A DNA stretch of 64,000 bases, from assembly GCA_030537155.1 (NCBI GenBank), contig JAUNOH010000005.1:22282-86281 (forward strand), written 5' to 3'. The notes below the pieces were generated by a model. It searched no databases. It was not told the origin of the DNA and saw only the letters and a program-made list of their open reading frames with translations. The first letter of the stretch is position 1. Each line of letters starts with the position of its first letter. Made by a program: the position numbers and the translations under genes. This stretch comes from Bacillota bacterium (GTDB taxonomy: Bacteria; Bacillota_I; Bacilli_A; RFN20; CAG-826). Shown here piece after piece: positions 53,793 through 64,000 of the stretch.

Positions 53793-55013
53793 TTAGGCTT
53801 TCTTCCTGATGAATTCGTCGAAGGCTTTGCCTTCCTCATAGGTTTTGAAGCGGCCGAAGTAGTAATCATCGCCCAGATCATCGGCGATCGATTTGGGATA
53901 ACGGCCGTGCATGCAGACGTTCGATCCATATTTCTCCATGATTTCCTCATGGCTATGGGCGTAGTTGAGCTCATCGCGTCTGGAGATCGAGAAGGCGAGG
54001 TATTTCTCATAGTCCATCTTCTGGAAGTTCTGGTTGAAGCAGATGACGTCCGCGTAGATGTCATAGACCGAGACCGAGCAGGCGAAGTCGATGAGGTCGG
54101 GTGTATAGCCTCCGGGCGGCCTCATATTGCATTCGAGGGCCACGATTTCGCCCCGCTTGGCAAAGCCGGGCTTATCTTTGGTGAGCCTAAAGTATTCGAT
54201 ATGGAAGAACCTCTTCCGAATGCCGAAGGCCTTGACGGTGGCCTCACCCATCTTGCGGAAGGATTTGGAATCGAAGCCCTTCAGGGGGATGGAGAAGTCG
54301 CAGCAATAATAGCAATCATCCAAAGCCAAATTGACTAGATCGGCCGGTGGGGTCGGGAAATGCTCGTGGTCGCAGAAGACGACGTTGGAGTCGTCGTCGC
54401 AGATGCCGTCGAAGGAGACGACCTCACCCTCGAGGTATTCCTCGATGATGTATTGGGTGGGGAGTTCCCGATTCAGGAACTCCTCGAGTTCATCGTCGTT
54501 ATGGATCGACTTGCTATCGGCCGCCCCGACGCCGATATTGGGTTTGGCGAAGAGGGGATAGCCGACTTCCTTGGCGAAGGCATATACCGGGGCTTTATCT
54601 CCCCCGGTCGAGAATAAACAATAACGGGCGGTTTTGACCCCGGCCTGCTGGAAGCATTTCTTCATGGCCGATTTGGCCTTTATCTTCTCCATGTCGGCGG
54701 GCCAGAAGCCGGTCCTGACGTCGAACCATTGGCGGAGGGTGGCGTCCTGAGTCAGCCACCACTCGTTGTCGCTCTCGATGAAGTCGAGCCGGCCATAGCG
54801 GTATCTAAAGTGGTCCAAAGCCGAGATCATCTGCTTGAGGTCGCCCAAAGAGGAGACCGCATAGTACTCGGTCAATGCGTCCTTCAGTTCCTGACGGAGC
54901 TCGTGATAGGGGGCGTCCCCGACGCCCAGGACATTGACCCCGCGAGCCTTTAAAGCCGCACACCAGCGGTAGTAGGTCTCGGGGAAATTGGGGGAGATGA
55001 AGACGAAGTTCAT
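53793..55013 (-). CDS. ATP-grasp domain protein, translationally coupled to atpC
   Basis: 406 aa with an ATP-grasp-like core (PLFAKPNIGVGAADSKSI, IIEEYLEGEVVSFDG, ECNMRPPGG). Its ATG at 55013 overlaps the atpC TGA (ATGA). Confidence 0.7.
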   Translation of the reverse strand: MNFVFISPNFPETYYRWCAALKARGVNVLGVGDAPYHELRQELKDALTEYYAVSSLGDLKQMISALDHFRYRYGRLDFIESDNEWWLTQDATLRQWFDVRTGFWPADMEKIKAKSAMKKCFQQAGVKTARYCLFSTGGDKAPVYAFAKEVGYPLFAKPNIGVGAADSKSIHNDDELEEFLNRELPTQYIIEEYLEGEVVSFDGICDDDSNVVFCDHEHFPTPPADLVNLALDDCYYCCDFSIPLKGFDSKSFRKMGEATVKAFGIRKRFFHIEYFRLTKDKPGFAKRGEIVALECNMRPPGGYTPDLIDFACSVSVYDIYADVICFNQNFQKMDYEKYLAFSISRRDELNYAHSHEEIMEKYGSNVCMHGRYPKSIADDLGDDYYFGRFKTYEEGKAFDEFIRKKA

Positions 55014-55423
55014 TTTTTCTCTCCTGTTAGTAGCGATTTGGCCCCGATCCTGGCCTCGGCCCTATTCAGGGCGGCCCTGGCTTCGGCGAAGGCTTTCACA
55101 CCCCCACCCTGCTCAATGGCCTTTAGGGCCCTTTCTTTAGCCGCCTTGGCCCGGGGCAAATCGATGTCTTTAGCATCCTCGAGCAACTCAGTTATGGCAA
55201 TCGTTTCTTCCTTCTTGACCCAGCAGGCCCCGCCGAAGATGGCAAAATAGTGCCAATTTCCGGACACGGAGTATTTAAAAACGCCGGGGACGAGGCTGAA
55301 GATGGTCGTATCGTAATCCGGGAAGATGCCCAAGGGGCCCTTCTGGCTCGGGAAATAGGCGCAGTCGACCTCCTCGTCGATCACCAGACCTTTTGGGGTC
55401 AATAGCTTGAGGCGGAAGGGCAT
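55010..55423 (-). CDS. atpC: F1 ATP synthase epsilon subunit
   Basis: MPFRLKLLTPKGLVIDEEVD... from the ATG at 55423; the last atp gene. Confidence 0.88.
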   Translation of the reverse strand: MPFRLKLLTPKGLVIDEEVDCAYFPSQKGPLGIFPDYDTTIFSLVPGVFKYSVSGNWHYFAIFGGACWVKKEETIAITELLEDAKDIDLPRAKAAKERALKAIEQGGGVKAFAEARAALNRAEARIGAKSLLTGEKK

Positions 55424-55425
55424 GC

Positions 55426-56859
<1,434 letters not shown>

Positions 56860-57729
56860 CTAATTCTGGCCCTGGGAGCCGGTGACCACCTCGATGAGTT
56901 CCTGGGTGATGGCCCCTTGGCGGGCTTTGTTGTATTCGATGGTGAGCTTGTCGATCAATTCGCCGGCGTTGTCGTTGGCCTGATCCATGGCGTTGCGCCT
57001 GGAGGCCTGCTCGGCCAGATGGGCCTCGTCGAAGCGGTGATGGAGCATCGACGAGAGGTAAAGCGGCATCAATTCGTGGATCATCCTCCGGGCCTCGGGC
57101 TCGAAGACGGGGGAGCGGTATTCCTCATCCGCCGGGGGCTGATAGGCCGGCATTTGGATGGGCAACAGCTGGAAGCGGTAAGGCTTGAAGGTCAATGAAT
57201 TGACGTATTTGGTGTAGATGAGGTAAATCCTCTGATACTTCCCGGCGTTGAAGGCATTCCTTAGACGGGAGGTGGCCTCGAGTATCTGCTCGTCGCTTAA
57301 ATCGATCGAATACTCGGCATACCCCTCAATCAGATGGACGCCCTTGGGGGTGTTATGGGCGTAATGGGCGGCGCCTTTAAGGCCGACGGGGAGCAGGCTA
57401 TCGCCCGGCTTAATCCTCTCGTCGATGAACTTGTAGAGCTCGGAGTTATAGGCGGCGCATAGCCCCATATTCGAGGTCAGGAGGATATAGAGGAAGCCCT
57501 CGGCCCCCTCGTTGGGTTTGCCATAGTGGCTGCCGGTGTCTTTATCGTGCAGGAAAAGCTCGCCCATGAACTGACGGCACTCCTCCTCGTATTCGAGGCC
57601 GTTGGCGTAGGCGTTTTGGTAGCGGCGCAGTTTGACGGCGGCGATCATCCCCATGGCCTTGGTGAGCTTCTGGGTCGATTTGACCGATTGGATGCGGCGC
57701 TTGGTTTTGCTCAATCCGGCGTTGGCCAC
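56860..57729 (-). CDS. atpG: F1 ATP synthase gamma subunit
   Basis: 289 aa between atpA and atpD, with the C-terminal ITQELIEVV motif. Confidence 0.92.
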   Translation of the reverse strand: MANAGLSKTKRRIQSVKSTQKLTKAMGMIAAVKLRRYQNAYANGLEYEEECRQFMGELFLHDKDTGSHYGKPNEGAEGFLYILLTSNMGLCAAYNSELYKFIDERIKPGDSLLPVGLKGAAHYAHNTPKGVHLIEGYAEYSIDLSDEQILEATSRLRNAFNAGKYQRIYLIYTKYVNSLTFKPYRFQLLPIQMPAYQPPADEEYRSPVFEPEARRMIHELMPLYLSSMLHHRFDEAHLAEQASRRNAMDQANDNAGELIDKLTIEYNKARQGAITQELIEVVTGSQGQN

Positions 57730-57732
57730 CTT

Positions 57733-59256
57733 TTATTCCCCTTTTTCCATCCTCGAGGATAGATATTCCTCAATCGCCGAGGATAGCTCCTTTTTGGCCT
57801 CCTCGCCCAATTGGTGGGTGTCCCTTATCCCGGCGATCGTCTCCTTGCGGTGCGCGCAGACGTAATCGTAGATCTCCGAAAGGGTCGAGCCGACCTTATT
57901 GGGGTCGAGCTTATCGAGGTATTTGTTCTTGACGGCGAATAGCTCCACCACCTGCCTCTCGAGGGGATAGGGGGCGTATTGCCTTTGTTTCAGGGTCTCC
58001 ATCAGCACTTTGCCATGGGCCAAAACCTCCTTGGTGGAGGCGTCTAGGTCCGAGCCAAACTGGGAGAAGGAGAGCAATTCGTTGTAATTGGCGAGCTCGA
58101 CCTTCAGCGATTTGGCCACTTCCTTCATGGCCTTATACTGGGCCGAGGAGCCGACGCGGGAGACCGAGAAGCCGGCGTCGATGGCCGGGCGCTGACCGGC
58201 GTTGAAGTAATCGACGATCAGGAAGATCTGGCCATCGGTGATCGAGATGATATTCGTCGGGATATAGGCCGAGATGTCGCCGGACTGCGTCTCGACGATC
58301 GGGAGGGCGGTGATGGAGCCGCCTCCGTTTTCCTCATTGAGGCGGCAAGCCCTCTCCAAAAGCCTCGAGTGGAGGTAGAAGATGTCGCCCGGATAGGCTT
58401 CGCGGCCCGGGGAACGCTTCAAAAGAAGCGAGAGGGTGCGGTAGGCCACCGCGTGCTTGGATAAGTCGTCAAAGACGATGAGGACGTCCTGCCCCTGCTC
58501 CATCCATTCCTCGGCCATCGCCATGCCGGCGAAGGGGGCGATGTATTGGAGGGGGGCGCTTTCCGAGGCCGAGGCCGAGACGACGGTCACGTAATCGAGG
58601 CAGTCGTGGCTCTTCAAGACCTCGACGAAGCTCCTGACGGAGGAATTCTTCTGGCCGATGGCCACGTAGACGCATTTGACGCCTTTCCCCTTCTGGTTGA
58701 GGATGGTGTCGAGGGCGATGGCGGTTTTGCCGGTCTGGCGGTCGCCGATGATCAATTCCCTCTGCCCGCGGCCGATGGGGATCATGGCGTCGATCGCCTT
58801 GATGCCGGTCTCCAACGGGGTGTCGACGCTCTTCCTGGTCATGACGCCCGGCGCGATCCTCTCAACCGGGCGGAATCTATCGCTTTTGATGGCCTTGCCG
58901 CCGTCGATGGGTAAGCCAAGGGCGTTGACGACGCGGCCCAATAAGACGTCCCCGACCGGGACCTCGACGACCGTCTTGGTGCGCTTGACGGTGTCGCCTT
59001 CCTTTATCTTGCTGTCATCGCCGAGGATGACGCAGCCGACGTCCTCGTTATCGAGGTTCATGGCCATGCCGTAGACGTCGTGCGGGAAAAGCAAAAGCTC
59101 GCCCAGCATGGCTTTCTCCAGCCCATAGCAGAGGGCGATGCCATCCCCCACGGAGATGACCGTGCCGACGTCATCGGATGCCAACTGGCCTTCGAAGCCC
59201 CTGATCTGGGCCTTGATGAGGGCGGCGATTTCGCTCGAATCTATCTTCATGCTCAT
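57733..59256 (-). CDS. atpA: F1 ATP synthase alpha subunit
   Basis: [10 protein letters not shown]-loop; 507 aa. Confidence 0.97.
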   Translation of the reverse strand: MSMKIDSSEIAALIKAQIRGFEGQLASDDVGTVISVGDGIALCYGLEKAMLGELLLFPHDVYGMAMNLDNEDVGCVILGDDSKIKEGDTVKRTKTVVEVPVGDVLLGRVVNALGLPIDGGKAIKSDRFRPVERIAPGVMTRKSVDTPLETGIKAIDAMIPIGRGQRELIIGDRQTGKTAIALDTILNQKGKGVKCVYVAIGQKNSSVRSFVEVLKSHDCLDYVTVVSASASESAPLQYIAPFAGMAMAEEWMEQGQDVLIVFDDLSKHAVAYRTLSLLLKRSPGREAYPGDIFYLHSRLLERACRLNEENGGGSITALPIVETQSGDISAYIPTNIISITDGQIFLIVDYFNAGQRPAIDAGFSVSRVGSSAQYKAMKEVAKSLKVELANYNELLSFSQFGSDLDASTKEVLAHGKVLMETLKQRQYAPYPLERQVVELFAVKNKYLDKLDPNKVGSTLSEIYDYVCAHRKETIAGIRDTHQLGEEAKKELSSAIEEYLSSRMEKGE

Positions 59257-59795
59257 TACCTCTTTTCCAGTAGCGTCTTCTCCAATTCCAATAGCCGATT
59301 CCGGAGGCTTCCGTCATAGACCTTCCCGTCGAGGTAGACCTTGACTCCCCCGATGAGGGTGGTCTCGATCTTGTTGCTCAGGGAAACCTTCTTCCCCACC
59401 TTCTGGGAGAGGGCCCCCTCCAGGCGGGAAATCTGCTTCTGCCCGAGGGGGGCGACGCTATAGACGATCCCCTCGGATACGCCCAGCCGCTCATTGGCCA
59501 GGCCCTTGAATTCGCCATATATCCGGGCGAAGCGGTTTATCCGGTGCTTTTTGATGATTAGCCGGAAGAACTCGGGCAGATGCTCCAGCCCAAATGGCTC
59601 GCATAGCTTGTCCGATACCGGGTATTTCTCCTCGGCCTTGAGCGAATACGACTCGAGGAATGCGTAAAGCTCCTTATCCTCCCTCAGGAGGGAGTCGATC
59701 TCCCCCAGGGCCGATAGGTATTCCTCAAGCCTCGCCTCGTCTATCAGCGAGTAGAGGGCGGAGGCGTAATTCCTGCAGGCCTCATCCGCCATCAC
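59256..59795 (-). CDS. atpH: F1 ATP synthase delta subunit
   Basis: 179-aa OSCP-like protein in the expected operon position. Confidence 0.85.
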   Translation of the reverse strand: MMADEACRNYASALYSLIDEARLEEYLSALGEIDSLLREDKELYAFLESYSLKAEEKYPVSDKLCEPFGLEHLPEFFRLIIKKHRINRFARIYGEFKGLANERLGVSEGIVYSVAPLGQKQISRLEGALSQKVGKKVSLSNKIETTLIGGVKVYLDGKVYDGSLRNRLLELEKTLLEKR

Positions 59796-60361
59796 TTATC
59801 CCCCTGATGGATGTCGTCGACGAAATCCTCGAGCAGCTTCTGCTCATCCTCTTCGTTGACTTGGCGCTTTAAAACCTGCTCCGAGGCGGCCAGGGCGATT
59901 TGGACCATCTCCTTTTTGCTATCCTCCAGGCTCTTTTTCTTGGCCTGCTCGATGTCGGATTCGGCTTGCTTGAGGAGGGCGGAGGCGCTTTCCTTGGCCT
60001 CGGCCTTAATCCTCTCGCCTTCGTTATTGGCCTCCACTTTGGCGTCGGCCACTATCTTCCTGGCTTCCTCCTTGGCCCTTTCCACGCCCTCCTCATTCTC
60101 CTTCTTGAAGGCGAGGCCCTCGGATTTGGCCTTCTCGGCCTCGGAGATGTTCTCCCCGATGTAGGCCTTGCGGGCGGCGATGAACTTCTTCAGGGGCTTA
60201 TAGCCGAAATAGAAGACGATCAAAAGAAGGACGATGAAGGCCGCGAATTGGATGATGAAGTCCCAGAAGTTGGGAATCAGCTTCGAGATGAAGTCATCGC
60301 TTTCGAAAGGCGCATCGCTCGTCGAGGACGAATCTGCGAGGATGGTGAATGGAAAGATCAT
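59792..60361 (-). CDS. atpF: Fo ATP synthase b subunit
   Basis: Single TM segment plus a long charged helix, in the expected operon position. Confidence 0.85.
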   Translation of the reverse strand: MIFPFTILADSSSTSDAPFESDDFISKLIPNFWDFIIQFAAFIVLLLIVFYFGYKPLKKFIAARKAYIGENISEAEKAKSEGLAFKKENEEGVERAKEEARKIVADAKVEANNEGERIKAEAKESASALLKQAESDIEQAKKKSLEDSKKEMVQIALAASEQVLKRQVNEEDEQKLLEDFVDDIHQGDK

Positions 60362-60377
60362 CGGGATCCCCCAAATA

Positions 60378-60653
60378 TCAGATCCTTCCGCCTAAGACGA
60401 AGATGATCAGGATGGCGACGACAAGGGCGTAGATACCGCAGGATTCGTCGAGGGCGACGGCGAGGATCATCGTCGAGTTGAGCGAGCTCCTCTGCTCGGG
60501 GTTCCTGGTCATGCCTTCGATGGCCTTGCCGCAGATCCAGGCCTCGCCCAAGGACGAGCAGCCGGCCGAGAAGATGGCGATGGCGGCGGCGATGGCCACT
60601 AAGCCCAGCTGTCCCTCGGTCGTCTCCGACAGGACACTCAGAAAATTAACCAT
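60378..60653 (-). CDS. atpE: Fo ATP synthase c subunit
   Basis: Hairpin proteolipid with an RNPE loop and the ion-binding stretch ALDESCGIYALV. Confidence 0.92.
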   Translation of the reverse strand: MVNFLSVLSETTEGQLGLVAIAAAIAIFSAGCSSLGEAWICGKAIEGMTRNPEQRSSLNSTMILAVALDESCGIYALVVAILIIFVLGGRI

Positions 60654-60665
60654 ATGTTTTTCCTC

Positions 60666-61445
60666 CTATATGGCTTGCGCTTTTAACTCGGGTCCCCGGG
60701 TGGCCTGAACCTCAACCCCCATGTAATCCTCCGGCCGCTCATTGGCGATCCAGACGGCGTTGAGGGAGCAGAAGACCAGGGTTTGGATGAACCCCGAGAA
60801 AAGCGCGAAATAAAGGTTGAGGACGCCCACCGGGATGACGGCCAAATAGGCCAAGGCGGTGGTTTCCCCCGAGATGAAATCGACCAGATACACGTTCCCG
60901 GCGATGCCGAGGGCCCAGGTGACCAGGCCGATGATGATGGTGCCGCTCAAGCCGTTGCCGAACATACGGAGGGTGGTCGAGAGGACCGGCGTTATCTGGG
61001 AGATGATGTTGATGGGAAGGAAGAGGAATATCGGCTCCACGTAACGGTGGAAATACTGCAGATGCTGGTATTTGAGGGCGGTGTAGTGGATGAGGATCAG
61101 CATGACGATGGCCAAAGAAAGCGGCACGAAGAGGTTATCGATGGGGCCGGGCAGCCCGGTTATCGACCAGATGAAGGCCAAAAATAGATAACTGGCCAAG
61201 CCCATGAAGTAGCCGGGGAAGTTATCCCAGTTATCGCCCATGTTGTCATGGACCCAATTCTGCAGCTTCTCGCAGAAGTAATCGGCGAATAAAAGCAAGC
61301 CCGTCGGGGCTTTGGTGGGGTCGGCCCTCTTGGCGAGGATGCCGACTACAATGGCCAAGACGGCCACGATCACCATGATGATCAATGAGGAAATAAGGGC
61401 CCCCGAGGGGTCGAAATCGAACATGGTGGCAAGGCGCTCATCCAT
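60666..61445 (-). CDS. atpB: Fo ATP synthase a subunit
   Basis: Polytopic protein with the conserved LRMFGNGLSG stator-arginine motif. The ATG at 61445 is preferred. Confidence 0.9.
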   Translation of the reverse strand: MDERLATMFDFDPSGALISSLIIMVIVAVLAIVVGILAKRADPTKAPTGLLLFADYFCEKLQNWVHDNMGDNWDNFPGYFMGLASYLFLAFIWSITGLPGPIDNLFVPLSLAIVMLILIHYTALKYQHLQYFHRYVEPIFLFLPINIISQITPVLSTTLRMFGNGLSGTIIIGLVTWALGIAGNVYLVDFISGETTALAYLAVIPVGVLNLYFALFSGFIQTLVFCSLNAVWIANERPEDYMGVEVQATRGPELKAQAI

Positions 61446-62040
61446 TGTCTTTCCCCCCGTCTTTCTTCTCGGATTCGAGGGAGGCAATCTGCCTCTCCAG
61501 CTTCTCTTTTTCGGCCTTCAGGCGTTCTAGTTCGTCATTTTCCTCTACATCGGCTTCCGTGACCTCGGAGTCTTCGGATTCGCTCTTGTGCATGGATGGG
61601 TCGCCGGATAGGGAAACCGGTTCGGCCTTCTTTTTATCGAGCGTGGTGGTGATGGCCAAGACGATCGGCATCGGGAAGAAGGCGGCGAACACCGACCAGA
61701 AGTTCAGCCAGTTGTTTTCCCACATGAAGGTGCAGCAGGCCGCGATGGCCAAAACGCCGCAGTAGACGGCCATGCGGGCGATGTTGAAAAGGGCGGATAG
61801 GCCGGCGGCGGCCTTTTGGGTGGATTCGCCCCCGTAGGTCAATAGATTCGCCCCCCAGACGATGGAGAGGTAGGCCAATATCGAGGTGGCCGATCCGACT
61901 AAAAAGCCAAAGGGCACCCCGGGGTTGGAGAAAAAGGCAAAGGGCGTCAAAGCCAGGGTCACCACGATGGCGAGGCAACTGAGGTAGAAGACGTTTTTCT
62001 TCGTCGGGCTCCAATTCAGGTATCTTTCGGCTAGGCTCAT
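61438..62040 (-). CDS. atpI: AtpI-like membrane protein with a long acidic coiled-coil tail
   Basis: First gene of the atp operon. It has 4 TM segments in the first ~135 aa, then SESEDSEVTEADVEENDELERLKAEKEKLERQIASLESEKK. Confidence 0.6.
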   Translation of the reverse strand: MSLAERYLNWSPTKKNVFYLSCLAIVVTLALTPFAFFSNPGVPFGFLVGSATSILAYLSIVWGANLLTYGGESTQKAAAGLSALFNIARMAVYCGVLAIAACCTFMWENNWLNFWSVFAAFFPMPIVLAITTTLDKKKAEPVSLSGDPSMHKSESEDSEVTEADVEENDELERLKAEKEKLERQIASLESEKKDGGKDNG

Positions 62041-62145
62041 ATATAAATTTGGGAACTTTAAATGCTAAAGCATATAAAATCTTAGGTTCGCAACCCCGGC
62101 AAGTCAATTGACAACCGATGGCAAAATGTCGTTTATAATCGCGTT

Positions 62146-62673
62146 TTAGAGGTGCTCCACCACTTCGATGTGGAGGCGTTTCATGGCCCTGACGGCCGTC
62201 TCCTCGGCCTCCGGGTCGCCAGAACCCGAGGCGAAACGGTAGAAGACGATATGGGCGTTGGGCTGGGCGGCCTTGGCCATCACGGCATTGGCGATGACGC
62301 AGATGGATGTATCGAGACCGCATAACCCGATTTTGGAATATTCGTCCTTCCGGAGGTAATCGAATAGCTCGGCCGAGGGGAAGGTCGGTTTCTCGAATAC
62401 CTTGGATTGTTGGGCTATCTCCCCCAATTTGCCGCGTATCTTCCAGCCCTCGCTCCCCTTCAGGCAATGGGGGACGGGGAGGTTTCTCCCCTCCTCGGTG
62501 TGCATGTAGTCGCAACCATGGGTGTCCTGGGTGAATAAGATCTCGGCCCCATCGGCTTTGGCCTTCTCGATGAGGGAGATTATCCTCTCCTCCAGCGCCT
62601 CGGCCCCGGGGAATCCCAAGGAACCGTCGACGAAATCGTTCTGGTAGTCGATTATGATCAGGGCTTGCTTCAT
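62146..62673 (-). CDS. pncA: isochorismatase-family amidase (nicotinamidase PncA-like)
   Basis: MKQALIIIDYQNDF and CGLDTSICV (catalytic Cys). The ATG at 62673 is preferred; the track N-terminal extension is rejected. Confidence 0.8.
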   Translation of the reverse strand: MKQALIIIDYQNDFVDGSLGFPGAEALEERIISLIEKAKADGAEILFTQDTHGCDYMHTEEGRNLPVPHCLKGSEGWKIRGKLGEIAQQSKVFEKPTFPSAELFDYLRKDEYSKIGLCGLDTSICVIANAVMAKAAQPNAHIVFYRFASGSGDPEAEETAVRAMKRLHIEVVEHL

Positions 62674-62680
62674 ATTGGGG

Positions 62681-62708
62681 ATTATAATCCCACTTCCCCT
62701 TTTATCAA
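62681..62708 (-). promoter_or_regulatory. sigma-A type promoter giving a probably leaderless pncA-like transcript
   Basis: The minus strand reads TTGATA-N16-TATAAT-CCCCAAT-ATG. The -10 lies inside the perfect palindrome GGGATTATAATCCC (62678-62691). Confidence 0.5.
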
Positions 62709-62833
62709 GGCGCGCGATAATCGTGAGGGGCTGTCGCATTGGCCAAATCCCACCTTGCCTTGTAAGGGGTTTCATTGTAGGATAATCAGCCGTTGCGGTT
62801 TCGCCCCGCGACATCCATAGGAGGAAACATAAA

Positions 62834-64000
62834 GATGAGTTTCACCCTCAAGTATTTAGGTAAAGAAGAGACATTCGACAAAAAGGTATCGCTTTTGGAG
62901 TTGGTCAGGGATATCGACCCCGAGAGGAAATATATCGCCGCCAAGGTCAATAACCGCGTCCGCGAATTGGAATATGAGGTTTATTACGACGCCGAAATCG
63001 AGTTTTTGGATCTGACCAACTCGGACGCCGTCAAGATCTATGAGGCCACCCTCCGCTTCATCGTGGCCATGGCCTTCCACCGCTGCTACCCGGATTTGTC
63101 GATCCGCTTCTCCTACAACGTCTCGCGCTGCGTGAGCATCCACCTATTGGACAATAAGAGCAAGGCCAACACGGCCATGCTCCTCCGGGTGAAGAGGGAG
63201 ATCGACGAAATCATCGAGAAGGACCTCGAGATGCGCCGCCTCATCGTCCCCAACGAATTGGCGAGGACGATTTATAAGGAATGGGGCTATAAGGATAAGA
63301 TCGAGATGCTCCAGTACCGTCCCGAGAAGACGGTCCACCTCTACGAATGCGCCGGCTTCCAGGATTATATGTATTCGCGCCTGCTCCCCTCCACCGGCTA
63401 CGTGAAGAAATACAAGCTCCGCCTCTACACCCCGGATTTCCTGCTTCAGTATCCGAGGGCCGAGGAAGGCGGCGAGATCCCCGAGTTCAAAGACGCCCCA
63501 ACCTATGGCCGCGTCTTGGCCGAGAGCCACGACTGGAGCAAGACGGTGGGCGCCGACACGGTCGGCTCCATCAACGCCACCATCAAGGAATTGGGGACCG
63601 TCGAGTTCATCAACCTCTGCGAGTCCTACCATAACCGCGAGCTATGCGAACTTGGCGAGATGATCCAGGACGACATCGATAACATCCGCCTCATCTGCAT
63701 CGCCGGGCCCTCCTCCTCTGGGAAGACGACCTTCGCCAACAGGCTCCGCATCGAATTGCTCTCCCGCGGCATCCATTCGGTCAGGATCTCCCTCGACGAT
63801 TACTACAAACCCAAAAGCGAGATCCCCCTCGGCCCCGACGGGGAGCCCGATTTGGAGACGATCGAGGGTCTGGACATCGAATTGTTCAACCAGAATATGC
63901 TCGATCTGATTTCGGGGAACGAGGTCACCCTCCCGAAATTCGACTTCAAGCTCGGCAAACGCGTCGAGGGTAGGAAGCTCCAGGTCGCGGAGAACGAGCC
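62834..64000 (+). CDS. uridine-kinase-family (Udk/PRK-like) P-loop kinase with a ThrRS/TGS-like N-terminal extension (3' end off window)
   Basis: Manual translation from the ATG at 62834 (RBS GGAGGA) gives MSFTLKYLGKEETFDKKVSLLELV...IAGPSSSGKTTFANRL...ISLDDYY. It stays open to the window end and is not in the track. Confidence 0.8.

Overview
This is a 64-kb chromosomal window from a low-GC Gram-positive type bacterium (Bacillota/Mollicutes-like gene content). It uses the standard genetic code: TGA is a stop and TGG encodes Trp. Most genes are on the minus strand, and core genes have strongly C/G-ending codons. That bias produces many long spurious antisense ORFs in the six-frame track.

Core content, in order:
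- pstS-C-A-B, with three Pho-box-like repeats upstream
- a heterodimeric ABC exporter
- a GH13 amylase-family enzyme
- tRNA-Asp and tRNA-Phe
- a LacI regulator
- an SPFH/NfeD pair
- the run NAPRTase-ytpR-trmB-dipeptidase-ECF S component-coaX
- leuS
- glgA / mgsA / glgD-glgC
- rpmB
- rpe-prkC-stp-rlmN-(rsmB-like)-X-priA-gmk
- rqcH
- a complete F1Fo operon (atpI-B-E-F-H-A-G-D-C) with an ATP-grasp gene translationally coupled to its end
- a pncA-like amidase
- a partial Udk-family kinase

Accessory or unusual content:
- The best candidate for something undescribed is an AT-richer three-gene minus-strand operon (13785-17534). It encodes a 1017-aa secreted beta-helix-like protein that ends in a non-canonical Hint (intein-like) domain plus an unassigned 80-aa tail. 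Two small S/T-rich proteins precede it. The first small protein shares a C-x3-G-x-[SA]-S-W motif with the large protein at the end of the signal-anchor helix.
- A DUF3990-like (PARP-like HGS/GFY motifs) plus DUF3791-like gene pair is bracketed by a perfect 34-bp hairpin-containing direct repeat.
- A decayed tandem integration hotspot lies at the tRNA-Phe 3' end. It carries RelBE and an AlbA_2/Schlafen-type gene preceded by an iteron-like array.
- Other accessory items are a DUF4143 AAA ATPase behind two palindromic operators, a Fic protein and a PI-PLC-like protein.

No rRNA, CRISPR array, transposase or integrase was found. All family assignments come from motif recognition by eye, not from database searches.
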